IMG/VR virus record: IMGVR_UViG_3300013800_000007
Span: 5,124 to 69,123 of that record
Reading direction: 5' to 3' (one strand)
Source: a virus
Lineage: Duplodnaviria > Caudoviricetes
Length of the DNA stretch: 64,000 nt
Shown here one piece after another: positions 62,805-64,000 of this stretch. A program made the translations under genes and the position numbers. The first letter of the stretch is position 1; every line of letters starts with the position of its first letter. The notes under the pieces were generated by a model that was given only the letters and a program-made list of their open reading frames with translations, was not told the origin of the DNA and did no database searches.

Positions 62805-63217
62805 ACCGCTGCCCCTCCGTCAATGCCCGCAGCGGCGCGGCGGAGTAGGGTGGCAATGTTCTGGATGCCGTCCTTGTTGACGCCGGGCATCATGAAGCAG
62901 GCCGGCCGGCGCGTCGTACTTCTCGGCTCGAGCTTGACGGCGCCCAGTTCGACTGCCAGTCGCAGTGCGGGCCGGGCCATAGCTGAGCTACACCCGATGA
63001 GGCGGCGCGCCTCAGATATCGGCTGGCCGGGATTCTTGAGGACCTCGTGAGCCAGTTTCAGGATCATGCCGGCCTCGACCGCAGCGCGGCCGGATATGCC
63101 CTCCTGGCGCGCTATCTCACGAAAGTGATTGTAGTCTGAACGCTTACTAGAAATTTCCAGCCCGATCGCGCCGGCGATCATGTCGAACCCACTCTTAGAT
63201 TTCTTCACTTTTTCCAT
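62801..63217 (-). CDS. winged-helix DNA-binding protein
   Basis: ISEARRLIGCSSAMARPALRLAVELGAV; GGAG RBS. Confidence 0.65.
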   Translation of the reverse strand: MEKVKKSKSGFDMIAGAIGLEISSKRSDYNHFREIARQEGISGRAAVEAGMILKLAHEVLKNPGQPISEARRLIGCSSAMARPALRLAVELGAVKLEPRSTTRRPACFMMPGVNKDGIQNIATLLRRAAAGIDGGAAV

Positions 63218-63388
63218 TGTGACATCTCCGTTTGATGCCGACGAATCGGCGACCCATTGACAACTCACCATGTCAATGGTCGAGCGTCATGGTCAAATCA
63301 CAAGACTGTGATTGCGACAAGGTAGAAACAGCCGGAAAGAGGTGAACTCAAGGGCGCAACAAGGATGCAACTTTGAGGGCTTCTGACG

Positions 63389-63564
63389 TATAAACCAACT
63401 CAAGATGCGAGCTATTTGCTTATAAACCAACTCAAACAGCGAGCTATTTGCTTATAAACCAACTCAAACAGCGAGCCATTTGCTTATAAACCAACTCAAA
63501 CAGCGAGCCATTTGCTTACAACACAACTCAAACAGCGAGCCATTTGCTTATAAACCAACTCAAA
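63389..63564 (+). repeat. 5.5 tandem copies of a 32-bp unit (iteron-like)
   Basis: TATAAACCAACTCAAACAGCGAGC(T/C)ATTTGCT at 63389, 63421, 63453, 63485, 63517, partial at 63549; no spacers. Confidence 0.95.
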
Positions 63565-64000
63565 AAATAAGCTCTTGGGTGGTTGATGTTGCCACTCAGA
63601 ATGCTGACGCCTTACTCAAGATGCTAATTCGTTAAAAAATTACTGTACTCAAACCCTCGATAGAAGTTCGATCGACGTACTAGTCATGTAGACAAGCGAA
63701 CAACCACAACCGACAACTATACTGTTAACCTTTTCGACAACTCAATATGTCAGTTTTTGAGGATCAGGTTGCATATATACAGCGTTCAATTCAATTTCTG
63801 GTTGACCGGAAAATGTCGTTCTGATGCCGTTCTGAGAGCTTAGAACGTCGAAAACTCCAATGAAATCAGGCGTTTGACCTTAAATACTACTGACGGGGGG
63901 GGGCACCCTTTCGCAGACACAGATCCATTCCCTGTTCTGTTCGACTATATAAGCACAAAATACTTATTCTTATTCTTATTATATATAAGGGGGGGGGAGG
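63565..64000. other. AT-rich non-coding region with G-runs (candidate origin or genome end)
   Basis: No ORF in the track; AT-rich relative to the genome; TTATTC repeats and poly-G near the end. Confidence 0.5.

Larger units (their letters stand above)
1..64000. mobile_element. Tailed dsDNA bacteriophage (podovirus-like morphogenesis genes), temperate or formerly temperate, alphaproteobacterial host
   Basis: TerS/TerL, portal, capsid, tail tubular and ejection proteins, endolysin/holin, repressor-Xis-Int-attP, primase and helicases are all present, with no host housekeeping genes. A GcrA-like gene and a GTA-type holin point to Alphaproteobacteria. Confidence 0.95.

Noticed and set aside
63389-63564. 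32-bp repeats as a CRISPR array
   Set aside because: Units are head-to-tail with no unique spacers, and there is no cas operon.

Overview
The whole window reads as one tailed dsDNA phage of an alphaproteobacterial host, probably most or all of its genome. It has podovirus-type morphogenesis genes: P22-like portal, tail tubular and DNA-stabilisation proteins, and ejection proteins. Layout, left to right: (1) 1-3.3 kb, leftward array of small early genes; (2) 3.7-33.7 kb, rightward packaging, head, tail, ejection and lysis genes, with a LAGLIDADG intein in TerL; (3) 33.7-43.6 kb, leftward recombination/replication operon; (4) 43.7-46 kb, CI-like repressor, Xis, tyrosine integrase and an intact attP carrying the 3' half of tRNA-Gly(GCC), so this is the excised or virion form; (5) 46-50.6 kb, accessory genes; (6) 50.6-63.3 kb, leftward primase, Pif1 helicase, nucleotide-metabolism and regulator genes; (7) 63.4-64 kb, a 32-bp tandem array and an AT-rich end. 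Best leads: (a) strong local enrichment of GAGTCG (a CcrM GANTC subset) confined to the left early region, alongside a phage gene carrying only a GcrA-like N-terminal HTH; (b) a free-standing copy of the primase C-terminal winged helix (26/44 identical residues) encoded next to an iteron-like array, in a phage whose integrase lacks the HxxR arginine; (c) a genome-wide extended -35 motif, TTGACA-N4-AC(A/C)A(C/T); (d) a class-3-type intein that starts with Leu. All calls come from manual motif reading and all counts are by hand; no database searches were run.
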